From assembly GCF_036321535.1 (NCBI RefSeq), contig NC_087436.1, positions 67,954,001 through 68,018,000 of the forward strand: 64,000 nucleotides of DNA. The letters are read 5' to 3'. Made by a program: the position numbers and the translations under genes. This document shows, piece by piece, positions 39,495-53,379 of the stretch. The stretch comes from Camelus dromedarius (taxonomy: Eukaryota). The notes beneath the pieces are model-generated. The model had not been told where the DNA came from. It searched no databases and saw only the letters and a program-made list of their open reading frames with translations. Within the stretch, counting starts at the first letter, position 1, and each line of letters opens with the position of its first letter.

Positions 39495-39900
39495 AATTGC
39501 TAACAAATATTTTGGGATCTATGTGTGTTTTAATCTCTGTGCCAGGCTTTATTCTAGGCCCCGGGGATGCAGTAAAGGACCTGGGAGTCAAAGACCTTTT
39601 TTGAAAGAACTTATATTCCGGTATGATGAAAGAGAAAATAAACACAAAGGAAATAAGTAATAAGATAATATCATATAGTAATTAGTCCTAAAAGGAAATC
39701 CCTAAAGAAGTGACACTTGAGAGAAGAGCTTAATGAAGAGAAGTAGAGACGAGCACTTCAAACAATAGGAGACTGGGGCTCTTGGATATGGTAATATATG
39801 TAGTATTTTCAAGGGACAGAAAGTAGAATGAATGCGACAAAGAGGGTGGAGGAAGATGAGGTTGGTGAAATAAGCAGGGGACAAATCATGTGGGGCTGGG
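39495..39900 (-). mobile_element. LINE-2 remnant
   Basis: AACAAATATT...TGTGCCAGGC...TTCTAGG...GGGGATGCAG and GATGAGGTTGG...GCAGGGGACAAATCATG, typical antisense L2 3' region. Confidence 0.7.
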
Positions 39901-40218
39901 CATGGGTCTACAATGCAGTGAATTATAACCAGAAGTTTATAACTTAGGGAGTTTTAAAATACAGATTTTATACCTACCACCTGTCTTCATATTTATAAAC
40001 AGATGAAATATGTTTATTTCATAACATATATATTTATAAGTAAAAATATCCTGTGATTCCTTTAAATATAACATTTTTTTTTACAAAAAAGAAATCTGTA
40101 TTAACAGAATAACTTGTAATTTTTAAAATATTTTTCCAAAGCAGAGTTCAAGTCAGACAGAGTTAAAAGGGGGACAAATAAATGGTTACTGTGGCTTGGC
40201 TGCCTTATTTCCATTTTT

Positions 40219-40347
40219 ATTTATTTATTTTTATTTTGGGGGAGATAGTTAGGTTTGTTTGTTTGTTTTATTTATTTAATGGAGGTACTGGGGATTGAAC
40301 CCAGGATCTCATGCAACTCTACCACTGAGTGCTCTACCACCCTTGCC
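40219..40347 (-). mobile_element. Camelid tRNA-derived SINE (vic-1 type), internally rearranged
   Basis: AATGGAGGTACTGGGGATTGAACCCAGG...CTCTACCACTGAG (antisense Pol III B and A boxes). Perfect 16-bp TSD CCTTATTTCCATTTTT at 40203-40218 and 40348-40363. Confidence 0.9.
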
Positions 40348-42859
40348 CCTTATTTCCATTTTTTTTTTAACCTTGAAGCGTATAGTATTATTTTATGGGC
40401 CAGTCCCCTTCACAACCCCCAGGAATCATGGATTCACAAGGTACATATGAACCCACAATGCTTTTACCTTGTAAAACCAGTTTATTGAAACAGGCTTTCT
40501 GTGTTAATTAAAAATAGATCCTTGAGAATAAAAAAATACATGCATTCCTAAAAAAAAAGAAAGATGGTAAAACAAATCACTGATGTTTCTTATGTGATTA
40601 TTTGAGAGAATGGATGCCACATCAAAGTTAAATTTTTCCCATGATATCTGAATTTTAATAAACGTTAATTTAATTTTCAGTATACTTTAAACAAAAATTA
40701 GTAATATAGGAGGTTGCATTTTGGGTTTTTTGGTCTCATTCTGTTTATCAGTGTGTGAGAACCTGACAGTCTAATTTTCAAACGAAGATTTAAGAAAGTG
40801 ACTATCTATCAATCCATTTTAGGAAAATGAAAATACCATATTTTCTTCTTTAAAAATGCCAACATTTCAATGCTTGTGCACATTACAGATGTCCAGATGG
40901 AAATGTCAATATGTTATTAACTTGCTAAATGCATCGACATAGATGTAATACGACAATAACTGTTGAATGAGTGAGTGAATGAAGATGGCAGGAGAAAATG
41001 TGTGTATCTGGAAGGGCTTGTACTTTGGGCAGGTTTGTTTACCAGTGTGGGTAAAAAAGACGCTCTGCACCTGAAGGTTCAGCAAATTGTTTTGTGGGAT
41101 TATACTTCTCAACAGTGATAATAAATAATTTTCAATGCAAATGCTCCACAAAGAAGGCTAATGCTATTCTATTTGCTGTTCAGATTTCACCATTTTGGGC
41201 TGCCAAAACTATTTAAAGCCTCACAGGATCCTGTTTGTGATAGGCCAATGCAAATTTGATCCATCTAAATATATAGAGATGTCGCTTTAACGGTGCCATG
41301 ATTATTGGAGCTGTCCTCTATACAGAAATTCTTAGCCACTACTAGTAAATGACAGATGTGTTAATTAAAAGACTGAGGCAAAGCCAAGGTTGATGTTCTA
41401 ATAAACAGGTCATTAACTTTGGTAATGACCAATTTGAGAAGATGATTGTTATTACAAACTATATTCTATGAATTATGAGAGCATCAGTATAACTCTGGAG
41501 TATGTCCAATGGTCAGATTATAATAGGAAGTATTCTAAAACAAGAGGTATTTCTAATAAGTCCCCTTGTCTATTTAAAACTTTACACATTTACAAAATGT
41601 GGTAGTTTCATATAAAGCAAAACATATTAAGTGCTTAATTGATTAAATTCAGGAAAAAAATTAGCTTTTCCTTTAAAAGTCAAATGAGAAGCCTTGTTAA
41701 TGGTAAGTTTAAGAATCTGCCTAACATAATTTGCTACTCTGTTAGAACAGCAACTTTTTCCATAGCCCACATTTCCATCAAGCCATGTGTGGATCATGTA
41801 GTTATTCACATCCTGCCAATATCTCCTTTCCCACCCTTTTTAATCTTACAGCATCTTTTCCAAATGAAACAATGGTGTTAAATTCTGTCCTACTTCTAAC
41901 CTATTATGAACCAGCCACTGGGGGCCTTTGTAGGCCCTCAAGTTTTCACACTCAAATAACCACTATAGGCAACATTTGGCACCAGTAGACTCAGAAAGAC
42001 ATTGGACAGGAACAAAGCAAGTCAACCTGGCAGTGCTGGGCATGCCTCTCCAAAGGGCATCCTCATGACAGTCTTACTACCAGTCCAGGTGCCATGAGAC
42101 AAGATTCTCACAAAGTGGATCTTAACCTAGCTTAAAATCTTCTCCTATAGGACCTTCCTAGAAAGAGAAATGATTATAATATGAGTAGTTTAACTTTTTT
42201 AAAAAGTTGCCTGAAGACAATATAATTCTATTTATACTTTTTCACATGAAGAAAATAAGGGATAAAGACATTAAATGACTTTCCCAAGAATGCAAAGTTA
42301 CTTAAAGGCAGGAGCTAAACTAGGACATGGGCCTCCTAACTCCCAATCGAATGTTCAAAATAACCATTTTTAAAATTTAGTGAATAATTGTGTTAATTCC
42401 ATTTGGTTGTTTGCCTTTTCCTTCTCCTCCAGAGTGAAATTCAAAAAATATAAACACATTAAAATGACTTCCAAGTTACTAAAAATGTAACTGACACTTT
42501 AATATTAGAATTCTAATATTTTAGAGTAGATAAAAAATGATGTCCAGATGTCACTAACTAGTATATTAAAAGTAAAGAGAATGAAACCACATATTTCCTT
42601 ACAGTCAAATATTGATTTTAAAACAACCTTTTAAACATATTTTATTTTCTATTTATAAAAATATTATAATAGTTTAGCTGTTCAAGTGGCAAAACTCCAC
42701 ACAATGTAGCAATTATTGCAAAATTTATCTTTGATAATATCATGACTCAAAATAAGAAAACTTGTGTGCATTTCTGATTATGAGCAAAGACAAGAGAATA
42801 ACGACTGATACGAATAAGTATAGTCCAAAAACTGAGGAGTGTAATTATTATGAAATACA

Positions 42860-43040
42860 GTTATTTTTATTATTGCTCAGTGAATGCTTGCTACGTGCCA
42901 AAAATCACTTGAAAAACTTCACATGTGTGAAACTATTTAATCCTTACAAACAGTTAAACATGAGAACCTCATTTTACAGATGAAGAAAGGCTCATAAGAA
43001 AATGACTACCTGATCCAATGTTACACAACTAGTAATTCAT
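42860..43040 (-). mobile_element. MIR SINE remnant
   Basis: TTTAATCCTTACAA...CCTCATTTTACAGATGAAGAAA...GTTACACAACTAGTAA. Confidence 0.75.
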
Positions 43041-43679
43041 AGCGAAAAAGTTTAAATAAAATGACATTTTGATTGTAAAAATGAAAAAAAAATGCATCCC
43101 TCAAATTCCCACAACATAAAATGCCACCACTGACTCAGACAAATAAATGCACTTTAACAAAAATCATTTCTAATTAGACAATTTCATTGCTGCCATTAGA
43201 GCTGCTTCTGACATGTTTCATATCTATTAGAATGACAGACAATGGTAGATGCTGATGACAAATGGGGTAGCAGAATGTTGGCAACAAAATTAGAATCATG
43301 CTTCCAAGATACTTAAAAATGTGGACTTTGGTTTATTTTCAAACAGCATTACACGTAATACAATAAAAGTGGCCTGTTTTCTTGAAGTCACCATTACATG
43401 TATAAAGCACCATAGCAGCAAAAAAATCCAAATTTAACAGAATAGAGTCTTTATTTTCCTTATCTTTTCTATCTCTTTAAAGTGTCAAATCAATGTTAAG
43501 AGTGAAACCATTCCATCAATTAACTGGTTGCTTTTTGATATGATTCTAAAATACTGGCATATATGACTACTTATCTAAATTGTCCATTTTAATTAAATTG
43601 CCTAAATATTTTGTTTTACGGAATTTGTGTGTTTATGTGAAACTTGTCAGTATCACTAGGAAACATTAGTTAATTTGTT

Positions 43680-44474
43680 CCAAGTATGAAAGATGCTTTA
43701 TTGGATGATAGGCAAAACATGAAAATCAATTAGAAATTGTCTTTTTCTATGTATATTTCTATTATATATAGGAATGAGAAAAATCTGCATGAATATCCAC
43801 AGTAATATAGAATACGATAATTTCTAGATGAGTGATGCTAAGTGGCAAAGAAATTCAAAGGAAGTGAAGAATCATTTTGATTGGTATAGGGAATTTGATT
43901 TCAGTTTTTCATGTGTTAAAGAAATGCACAATCAAAAAAGTTTTGGGATGCCTTTGAATAACAGTGAGGACTTTTATAGGAAAAGATAGGGAGACAGCGA
44001 TGTCAGAAAATGCAGAATGAGGAGAAATGAGGAATCCACAAGAAAGCACAAGTGAGTAAAACAGAATAGTGAAAGATAGAGTTGGTAAAAAAATATTAGT
44101 AAAAACAAGAAAGGTTTATTTATGAGAGTGAGATTATTGGAACTATGTCTTTTTCACAGAACTATGCATATTTGTTCATTCTGGCACTTAATAGGTCAGT
44201 TGGAAAATGAGATTACTGTTGCCAACAATCCAGGTGGGAAGTGGTCAGGGATGAGTCATAGAGACATCAGAAGAAATGAAAGATTAGAATGGTAGGTATG
44301 AGCGTGTGTTTGAGTGGTGAAAAAAGTGCACCTATGAAAGCATCTTACAAAAGGAATAATCAACAGGACTTTTTATTTGTTAGATATTATAAGGGAGGTT
44401 ATTAGACACAGAGGGAAAAGTTAACAGCAATTTTGATAGGACAGCTCTTGGTTTCTTTAGATAATGGTGCTATT
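43680..44474 (-). mobile_element. LINE-2 remnant (continues past the L1 to about 46450)
   Basis: Purine-rich L2-like motifs (CAATCCAGGTGGGAAGTG, AATCAACAGGACTT, GATAATGGTGCTATTAA). Highly diverged. Confidence 0.55.
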
Positions 44475-44490
44475 AATAACAACGAGCAGG

Positions 44491-45312
44491 CAACATCATT
44501 AATCATCAGAGAAATGCAAATTAAAAACCACAATGATGTATCACCTCACATCTGTCAGAATGGCTATCATAAAAAAGACTACAAATAAACGTTGGTGAGG
44601 ATGTAGAAAAACGGGAACCATCCTACACTGTTGGTGTGACTGTAAATTGGTGCAGCCACTGTGGAAAACAGTATGGGGGGTTCTCAAAAACTAAAAATAG
44701 AACTACTATATGACTCAACAATTCCATTCCTTGGTTTATATTCACAAAAACAATAAAAACACTAATTCAAAAATATACATACACTGCAATGTTCACAGCA
44801 GCATTATTTACAATTGCCAAGATATGGAAGGAGCCTAAGTGTCTATTGACAGATGAATGTATAATGAAGATATGGTATATATATACAATGGAATACAACT
44901 AAGCCATAAAAAAGAATAAAATGTTGCCATTTGTAGCAACATGGATGGACTTGGACAGTATTAAGCTAAGTGAAATAAATCAGAAAAGCCAAGTACTGAA
45001 TGATATCACATATATGTAGAATATAAGAAATAAATCAAACTAGTGAATATAACAAAAAGAAACAGACTCATAGATATAGAGAACAAACTAGTGGTTACTA
45101 GTGAGGAGATGGAAGGGAGAGAAGCAAGACAGGGGTAGGAGATATAGATAGAAACTGTTATGTAGAAAATAAGTAAACTATGAAGATATATTGTAAGTAT
45201 ATAGTCAATATTTTATAATAACTATAAATGGAGTATAACCTTTAAAATTGTTAATCACTGTTGTACACCTGTAACTTAAACAATATTGTACATAAACTAT
45301 ACCTCAAAAAAA
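44491..45312 (+). mobile_element. 5'-truncated LINE-1 3' end
   Basis: ORF2 C-terminal and 3'UTR motifs with a poly(A). TSD AATAACAACGAGCAGG (44475-44490) / AAGAACAAGGAGCAGG (45313-45328). Confidence 0.95.
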
Positions 45313-45676
45313 AAGAACAAGGAGCAGGTAGACATTGGGATGAATTCAGGATGAGTGCATGGTTAATTAAAAAAAGGTGAGCCTTATTTTTTACATATCT
45401 AGTGTGTCCTTGTAGAGATATCATAGTAGCAATATAAAGTATAAATCTAGATTTTTGGAAGGTGGTTAATTATAAGGACACATAGTTGGAGTTATTCTCA
45501 TAGAGAAGAAACTTGAGATAGTGTTAGTGGATGAAAATGTGACAACTTCATAATGAGAGGAAAAAAAGAACTTTGCATAACACTTGCATTAGGGGGTGAG
45601 GGGGAAGAAGATGTGCTTTTGATGAAGGGGGAAAAGGTTATTTAAAAATGCAAAGAGCATAAAGAAATGTCTGAGG

Positions 45677-45751
45677 TTATGTTATACACCAGAAATTGAC
45701 ACAACATTGTAAAATGACTATACTTCAATAAAAATAAAAGTTTAAAAAAAT
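45677..45751 (+). mobile_element. Extremely truncated (75 bp) LINE-1 3' terminus
   Basis: TATACACCAGAAATTGACACAACATTGTAAAATGACTATACTTCAATAAAA. TSD AAAGAAATGTCTGAGG (45661-45676) / AAAGAAAAATCTGAGG (45752-45767). Confidence 0.9.
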
Positions 45752-46820
45752 AAAGAAAAATCTGAGGAAATAAAAGGAGTAAAATACACCATTCAGTCCC
45801 AGCTCCCTAGAGCTAAGCTGTCTCTCGGATCCTACCTAATTTAAGGAGAATTGATTCTAGGGCTAAGCTCTAATCTCTGTGAGAAACCAAAATTAGCTGA
45901 GAAATTATGTTATAAAAAGTTCTCAGAAAAGTAAACATCAAATAGAGTGGCAATAAGATATTATCAAATGAAATGTTGAGCAGCAATGAGAGTCCACCCA
46001 GAGATAAACACTGGGTTGGTCTACATTTATCACCATCTACCAAGTATTGGACTTGATAAAGCAAATAGTGTTCTCAAATTTGGAGCAAATAAGGTATATC
46101 AGAAAGTTAAGAAGGCCAAATGTTTGGGGAACAGGAGGATAAAAGAATCAGAAAAGATCAGAAAGAAGAAAATTAACTGAAAACAATATAACAGCAACAC
46201 AAAGTAGATTATGATGGAAGGAGCACTTTGAACAGAAATAGGTAGTGGAAGAGACAGAGGAATACAAGTTTGTGATTAAAGAGAAAAGACATAAACTATA
46301 ATATAAGCAGTGATCCCAAGTGACACTGAGATCCACTTGAGGTGGCCGTTGTTGCAGGTGCCTGATATGGAGAAGAGGTGAAGACCCACATGTTGAGGTT
46401 GCTTAAGGATGTCAGGTGGTAGGATTTTAACACGGATAATGAATCACTTAGAATAAGAGCAAGGAATCAGGAGAGAACAGTAATAGTTGACTCTTGGTTT
46501 CAGTATTCACTGAGTTGTATATCTTGGAAGTTGAAAATAAAAGCTTTGTTATGATTTATTAATAGACTTGCTTGCACATGGCAGGCAATTTCTCAATTCA
46601 TGAAAGCTTTGCACTAGCACATACCAGGACACAGTCATACACTCTAACGTGGCACCATCAAGGTATTTTATTCATGTTCAGTTCCTTCTTCCTTACAAGA
46701 AAAAATTACAAGTTTGTTTTTCAGATCTGTATTTTGAAACCTTCTGTTAACTTTACCTCCTGTCGTCTTCTCTACTTCACAATTCTCATTCTTTAAATTT
46801 TATTAAGAAAAAAAACTGTA

Positions 46821-46905
46821 GTGGGGAGGGTATAGCTCAGTGGTAGAGTGTGTGGTTAGTATGCATGAGGTCCTGGGTTCAATCCAAAAAAAAAAAAAAA
46901 AGAAG
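46821..46905 (+). mobile_element. Camelid tRNA-derived SINE (vic-1 type), tRNA head only plus poly(A)
   Basis: GGGGAGGGTATAGCTCAGTGGTAGAG (A box)...GGTCCTGGGTTCAATCC (B box), then an A tail. Flanking repeat ends in ACTGTA on both sides (46815-46820, 46912-46917). Confidence 0.9.
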
Positions 46906-47789
46906 AAGAAGACTGTAGGCCAGATACAATAGAAGGAATAAGTTATTCTAGAGTTAGGGATAACTGTGTTGAGGAAGAGGAAACAAAGTATTTAGGAAAG
47001 AAGGTGTTGTTTAGTGATATAGTGAATAAATATATGATCATGAAATAGTAGCAGTAAATTATTTTATCAGATCCCTTACTGGATATATGTGTTGAGAAAA
47101 TCAGGGGAAAAGAATGGTTCTTTTGGGAGGGGAATAAAGTTTTCTTCCAATGATTTAAGAGAAGTTGAAGTGATAGGAGGATGTGAAGGAGTGATTCACC
47201 ATAGAATTGAACATTCAAAGAGCAGAGTGAAAGAAATTAACAGATGGGTTAGCATTTGGAGTTGGGTTTGGAGGTAGATAAAACCTGAGCTCAAGGTAGT
47301 TGAGAGAATGGGTAAGTTAACATTCAGAATGTCTGACCCTAGAACAGTGATCACATATAATCTGAAAAATAGCAAAGATATCCAGAGATGGACCAGAATA
47401 ATAGTGGTGAAAGAGATGGGGACCATCAAAGTGTGGCCAGGAAGAGACAGAAAGAGTAAACAGAAAATCTAAGATTATACCCAAAGCCAAATATAACTGC
47501 AGGTTATAAATGAAATAAAAATATTAAATTTTTTCAAGACTGGACTAATATTTAGTCACTTCTATTTTATTGATTAACTGGTTTTGCCAAGGTTTTTTAA
47601 AATAAATTCTCAGTTCTGTCCTTCTTCTTTTCACTATTTTAGAAAACAATGACATTTATTTTATGACTTAGTTCTCTATTATATTCAAAAATTGAGAAAG
47701 CTATCAAAGATAGAATACATTTGCATAGTTGATCCCTTATGCAGCCTTAAATCTATTATTTGAAAAAAAGCAGCTTATGCAAGTACACA

Positions 47790-48390
47790 CACATAAGGCT
47801 TGCAAAAGTTAAAATTTAACAACACTAAATATTAGTCAGTATGTGGAGCACTGAAGAATCTCTATACCTTAATAGTGGAAATGTAGATTGTTAACAACCA
47901 TCTTGTCAAGGTTTGGCATTATTGATTAAAGTCAAAAATGCGCCAACCTTATAACCCAATAGTCCCACTGCTAAATATATATCCCAGAGAAATTCTTGCA
48001 AAGGTGCAGTAGACTAACAATAAAAAAGGCAAATAAAAGGTGGTATACGTTTAATAAAATAGAATACACCAACAACAATACAAATGAATCTCAAAACTTA
48101 ATAGTGAACAAAAGAAGTAAGACACAAAAGAGTATTTCAGGATAATTCTACATACATACATAAAGTGTGAGAACAGATGAAATAAGTATATTGTTGAGGG
48201 ATTCATATGTAGAGAGTAAAACTACAAAGAAAATCAAGATAATTATCAGAAAAATATAGTCATTATTTCTGGAAAAGGGAAGAGGTTGTGATCAGGGAAA
48301 AAGTCATCTGGGCCACTAGCAATGTTCTATTTATTGGCTTGGATTTCACTAGTGATTTGCTTTTAAATCATTCTTCATACCATATATATT
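47790..48390 (+). mobile_element. Old LINE-1 (L1ME-like) 3' remnant
   Basis: ATGTGGAGCA, ATAACCCAATAGTCCCACT...ATATCCCAGAGAAATTCTTGCA and ATGAATCTCAAA...GTGAACAAAAGAAG. Confidence 0.7.
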
Positions 48391-48411
48391 ATTATAGTTC
48401 CCCCCCCAAAA

Positions 48412-48495
48412 AAATAGAAAGAAGAGGAATAGGGAGGAGGAAGAAGAGGAGAGGAGAAAAGGGAAGGCGGTGAAGGAGAGAAAAGAAAAGAGAGC
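48412..48495. repeat. GA-rich low-complexity tract
   Basis: Directly visible. Confidence 0.85.
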
Positions 48496-50204
48496 AGTTA
48501 TCACCCATATCTGGATAAAGCAGATAGTGCCTTCACTGAAGCATCCAGAGTTGTGTGGCCACAGTGGAGAAGCAGAATCACTGTGAACAACAGACAAGAC
48601 AGTAGGCAAGAAGCCAGGGTTGCGCTCTAATTGAAGAAGTAAAATGAGATCAGAAAGGAGACAGCAAGTAGCCTTGTAGGTTAGTTGGTGCCCACCACCT
48701 TGCTAACTAAAAATCTCAATAAATGTAATAAGAAAATAATCACTTTTTAAAAATAAGAATTAATGGAGCATTTGATATCTGTCAGAATTTGTGCTAAATG
48801 CTCCATATCCTCTTTCACCAAAGAGTCAAAAAATCTCTGTAAGATAAACACTACCACTAGCCCATTGAATTAGAAGACTCAGAGGAAGAGAGGAAGGCCA
48901 AAGAAATTGCAAAGTGTCACAGTGGAAAAAAGGGATGGGACAGGGCTTCATCCCAAGGAAGCTTAAGACCAGCTTCCTTCCCAGTTTACTTGCTTGAATA
49001 CTAAAACATGCTGTTTCTCTGAAAGAATTTCTAAAAAGGAATCCCTGTGACTTTTTTTTCCTTAGAAAATTCAACAAATTAATACTATGAAAAATATTTG
49101 AATATTAACTCAGAACTTTATTTTTCATTTTTCTCAAGTACAGAATAAATCAAGCAAAAATAATTGATACCCATTAAATTACATAAGGAAAAATTTACCT
49201 TAGTTAAAAAAAAAAGATTTGACTACTGTTACCATGATACTTACCATCAAAATAAAATTGACATGAACACTATGAAATCTAGGGAATAAACAATATATGA
49301 TTCATTTTACATAACCCTGTATACAGTACTTAAATTGTAATTTACAATTAATAGTGTTTATAGTTAAGCTACAGAAAGTGATGGTTAAGTTTGTCTAGAT
49401 AAGCACAATAAGCTGTACCATGGCAGAATAAAAGACCTGATTATTTTTGCTTTCTGAACAGTTAAATCACTTCACAGCATGGCCATTTTGATCAATCACC
49501 ACACAACAGTTTATTAATGCAATATGAAATTTCCAATCAACTATACAAAAGTCAACTAACATGTCGTCCCTTAGGCAGCTTTAATTTCTCAGTGTTTTGA
49601 CTAAATATACACACTAAACTGAGACATGAATTCTCATGTATTTATATACCTATTCCCTATTGTTGTTTTATGGAGTTTTTAACTCTAAACATAACGCTTA
49701 TACTTACAGTCATTACAAATTTTTGCTTCCAAAAAATCCAACCAAAACCACCTAAATACACAAGGTTAATTTTAATTTTGTCAAAATTATTGATCTCTAC
49801 ATCTCCCTGGCCTTACTCTTCCTAAGAGATCATATTTCTGACACTGATGATAATATACATGCTGTCTTGTGTATGCTATTGCTTTACTATAAATTTAATA
49901 ATGACCATAAACTCTATGTGTGAAAATCAGCTTCAGTAAAATATATTTGATTTCAAGGAAAATAAAGAAAAGAAAAAGTGTTGACGGAAAGAAAAGTTTT
50001 TAAACTAAAGGATTTCGGATTTTACTATAAGAACAAAATATGAATCAAAAAGTTCTCCCTGCATTACTTTTTGCAGACATCAAAGTTTCTGAGGAGTTTT
50101 TCTCTTGGGTAAACTATCTCAGTTTCATCGGGGGGGGGGGGGGAATATAGAACGAATCAGCCCACTCGTTTTTCCTTTTCTTACTTTATACCTGTTATTA
50201 TTTT

Positions 50205-52860
50205 AAACAAGATTTCATTTTTTCAGAGCAGTTTTAGCTTCACAGCAAAATCAAGAGAAAGGTAGAGAGGTTTACCGTAAATCCACCACCCCTACATACG
50301 CATAGCTCCCCTATTATTAATATCCCTCACCATAGTGGTACATTTGTGTCAACTGATGAACCTACAATGATTTCTCATAATCAGCCAAACTCCATAGTTT
50401 GCATTAGATTTCACTTTTATTGTCGTACAGTCTGTGGGTTTGGACAAACAATGACATGTATCCATTATTACATCATACAGTGTTTTCAGTGCCCTAAAAA
50501 TCCTCCATGCTGCATGTATTCGTTTCTCCACCCCTATCTAACTCTTGGCAGCTACTTACCTTATTACTGTCTCCATAGTTTTGTCCTTTCCAGGATGTAA
50601 TGCATTTGGAGTCATACAGTATGTAGCCTTTTCAAATTGGCTTCTTTCACTTAATAATATGCACTTTAGTTTCTTCCAAGTATTTTCCTGGCTTAATAGC
50701 TATATCTTAGGTACTTCCAAGGACATCTTAGTAACTTCTAAGTTTTAGCAATTATGAATGAAGCTGCTGTAAATATCCATTCCATTCTTGGAGCAATACC
50801 ACACTATCTTGATTTCTGTAGCTTTATAGAAAGTCTTCAAGTTAGGTAGTGTCAGTCTTCCAACTTTGTTCTTCTCCTTCAATATTCTGTGGGCTATTAT
50901 GAATCTTTTGTTTCTCCATATAAACTTTAGATTCAGTTCATCTACATCCACAAAACAGTTGGCTGGGATTTTGATTTGAATGCATTGAATCTACAGATAA
51001 AGATGGGAAAAACTAACTTCTTGATAGTATTTAGTCTTCCTATCCATGATCGTGGAATATTTCTCCATTTGTTTAGTACTTCTTTAGTTTCTTTTGAGTT
51101 TTTTTCCTTTTTTCTCATATATATCTTGTACCTATTTTGTTAGATTGATAACCTAAGTTATTTCATTTTGGGGGGTGCTAATGTCAATGGTAGTGTACTT
51201 TTAATTTCAAATTCCACTTGATCATTACTGGTATACAGGAAAGTAACTGGCTTCTGTATATTAATCTTTATCCTGCAGCCTTGCTATAATCACATGTTAG
51301 TTTCAGGAGTTTTTGGTTGTTGTTGAGTATTTCTGATTTCTACATGGACAATTATGCCATGTGTGAACAAAAAGAGTTTTATTTCTTCCTTCCCAGTCTG
51401 TATATGTTTTATTTCCTTTTCTTTTTCTATGGTATTAAGTAGGAATTTCAGTTTGATATTGAAAAGGAGTGGTCAGAGGGGACATTGCTGTCTTATTCCT
51501 GTTATTAGTGAGAAAACTGTAAACTTTTCACCATTGTAGGTTAGATTTTCACCATTAAGTAGGTTGTTCTTGTTACCGTTTTGGTAGGTATTCTGTATCA
51601 AGTTGTGAAAGTTTCCCACTATTCCTAGTTTACTAAGTGTTTTATGATGAATGGCTGTTGGATTTTGTCAAATTCTTTTTCCCTATCAATGTGATCATTT
51701 TTTTAAGTCTGTTGATGTGATTGGTTATATTAACTGATTTTCAAATGTTGAACAAGCCTTGCATATGTGGGATAAATCTCACTTGGTTGTGGTATATAAT
51801 TCATCTTATAAAATTGCTAGATTCAATTTGCTAATATTTTGTTACAGATTTTTCATCTCTGTTCATGAGAGTTATAAGTCTGTAGTTTTCTTTTCTTGAA
51901 ATGTCTTTGCTTGGTTTTGGTGTTAGGGTAATACAGGACTAATAGGATGAGTTTAAAAAGTATTATTTTTGCTTCTTTGAGTTGAAAGAGATTTTAGAGA
52001 ATTGGTATAATTTCTCCCTTAAATGTTTGGTAGAACTCACCAGTGAACCCATCTGGCCCTACTGTTTTCTGTTTTAGAAGGTTATTAATTATCAATTAAA
52101 TTGCTTAATAGACATAGGCCTATTTATATTCTCTTATTTCTTCATGTGTTAGTTTTAGCACAATGTGTCTTTCAAAAACTTGGTTCATTTTATCTAGGTT
52201 ATAAAATCTGTGGGCATTGATTTGTTCATAGTATTCTTTTATCACTCATTTAATGTTCACGGGCTCTGTAGTGATGTCCCTTTTTTATTTCTGATTAGCA
52301 ATTTGTATTCTATTTCTTTTTTTTCTTGTTAGCCTGGTTAGAGGCTTATCAATTTTATTGGTCTTTTAAAAGCACCAGCTTTTGATTTCATTATTTTCTT
52401 TATTGATTTTCTGTTTTCAATTTTATTGATTTCTGCACTAATTCTTATTTCTTATCTTCTGCTTGTGGATTTAATTAGCCCCTTTTTTTTCTAGTTTCCT
52501 AAGGTAGAAAATTAGATTATTGATTTTAGATTTTTTTTAATTTCTAATATATACACTGAATGCTATAAATTTTCCTCTAAGCATTACTTTCACTTCACAC
52601 AAACTTTGATGTGTTTTCATTTTTATTTAGTTCAAATATTTTAAAATTTCTCTTGATTTTTCTTCTTTAATGCAGATGTTATTTAGAAATGTGTTGTTTA
52701 ATCTCCATGTGTTTTGAGATTTCCCCATTTTGTTTTTGTTTTATTACTGATTTTCAGTTGAATTCCATTGTGGCCTATGAGAGAAATAGTATGATTTCTG
52801 TTCTTTTAAAATTTGTTAAGATGTATTTTATGGTCCAGATGGTGGTCTATCCTGGTGAAT
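50205..52860 (-). mobile_element. LINE-1, L1MC1/2-like, about 2.6 kb with internal deletions
   Basis: 3' end AGAGCAGTTTTAGCTTCACAGCAAAA...AACTGATGAACCTACA is typical of L1MC. Minus-strand peptide LKFIWRNKRFIIAHRILKEKNKVGRLTLPNLKTFYKAT is L1 ORF2. Confidence 0.92.
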
Positions 52861-53379
52861 AAAATAGGCTTTTTATTTTGCCCCTCTTGTTTATATTTCA
52901 TCAAAAGTCCTCTAACACAAAAATTTTTTAAGAAATTCATTTTCTACAGATATTTTTCTATAATAATGAATCACTATTAAGATATTCACTAGAGTTTTTC
53001 AAACATGATGTCCAGTCATCCTGAATGTTCACACAGGGAATGCCTGAATGACAACTTTCAAAAATTATACTTTCTAATAAGTTAACAGTAGGTACTTGTG
53101 CCTAACTATTACTTTCATTGACATATTAGGCTTTCTACACTTATCTTCCACTTTTTCAGGAAGACCTTAGAAACCAAACATTATACCATCTCCCTTGTTC
53201 TCGGCTGATTCTTAGCCTCAATTTAAGTTACCAACATAAATCAAATTTTAAAATGTATCTTTATATAGTGCTAATGAGAAAAAGTATAGTATGATAAAGT
53301 CACAATGGTTTCAAATACTTATGTTAGTAACCAGCTTTATTACTTTAAGATACGATTTTTACTGAGATAGGTGTATAAT

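Noticed and set aside
46821..46885. tRNA gene
   Set aside because: The 3' acceptor stem is missing, and the sequence is followed by poly(A) and a flanking repeat, so it is a SINE head.
50130..50143. G14 run (and G12 at 5471-5482) as functional G-quadruplexes
   Set aside because: These are simple homopolymers, too short for four G3 tracts with loops, and their lengths are prone to sequencing error.
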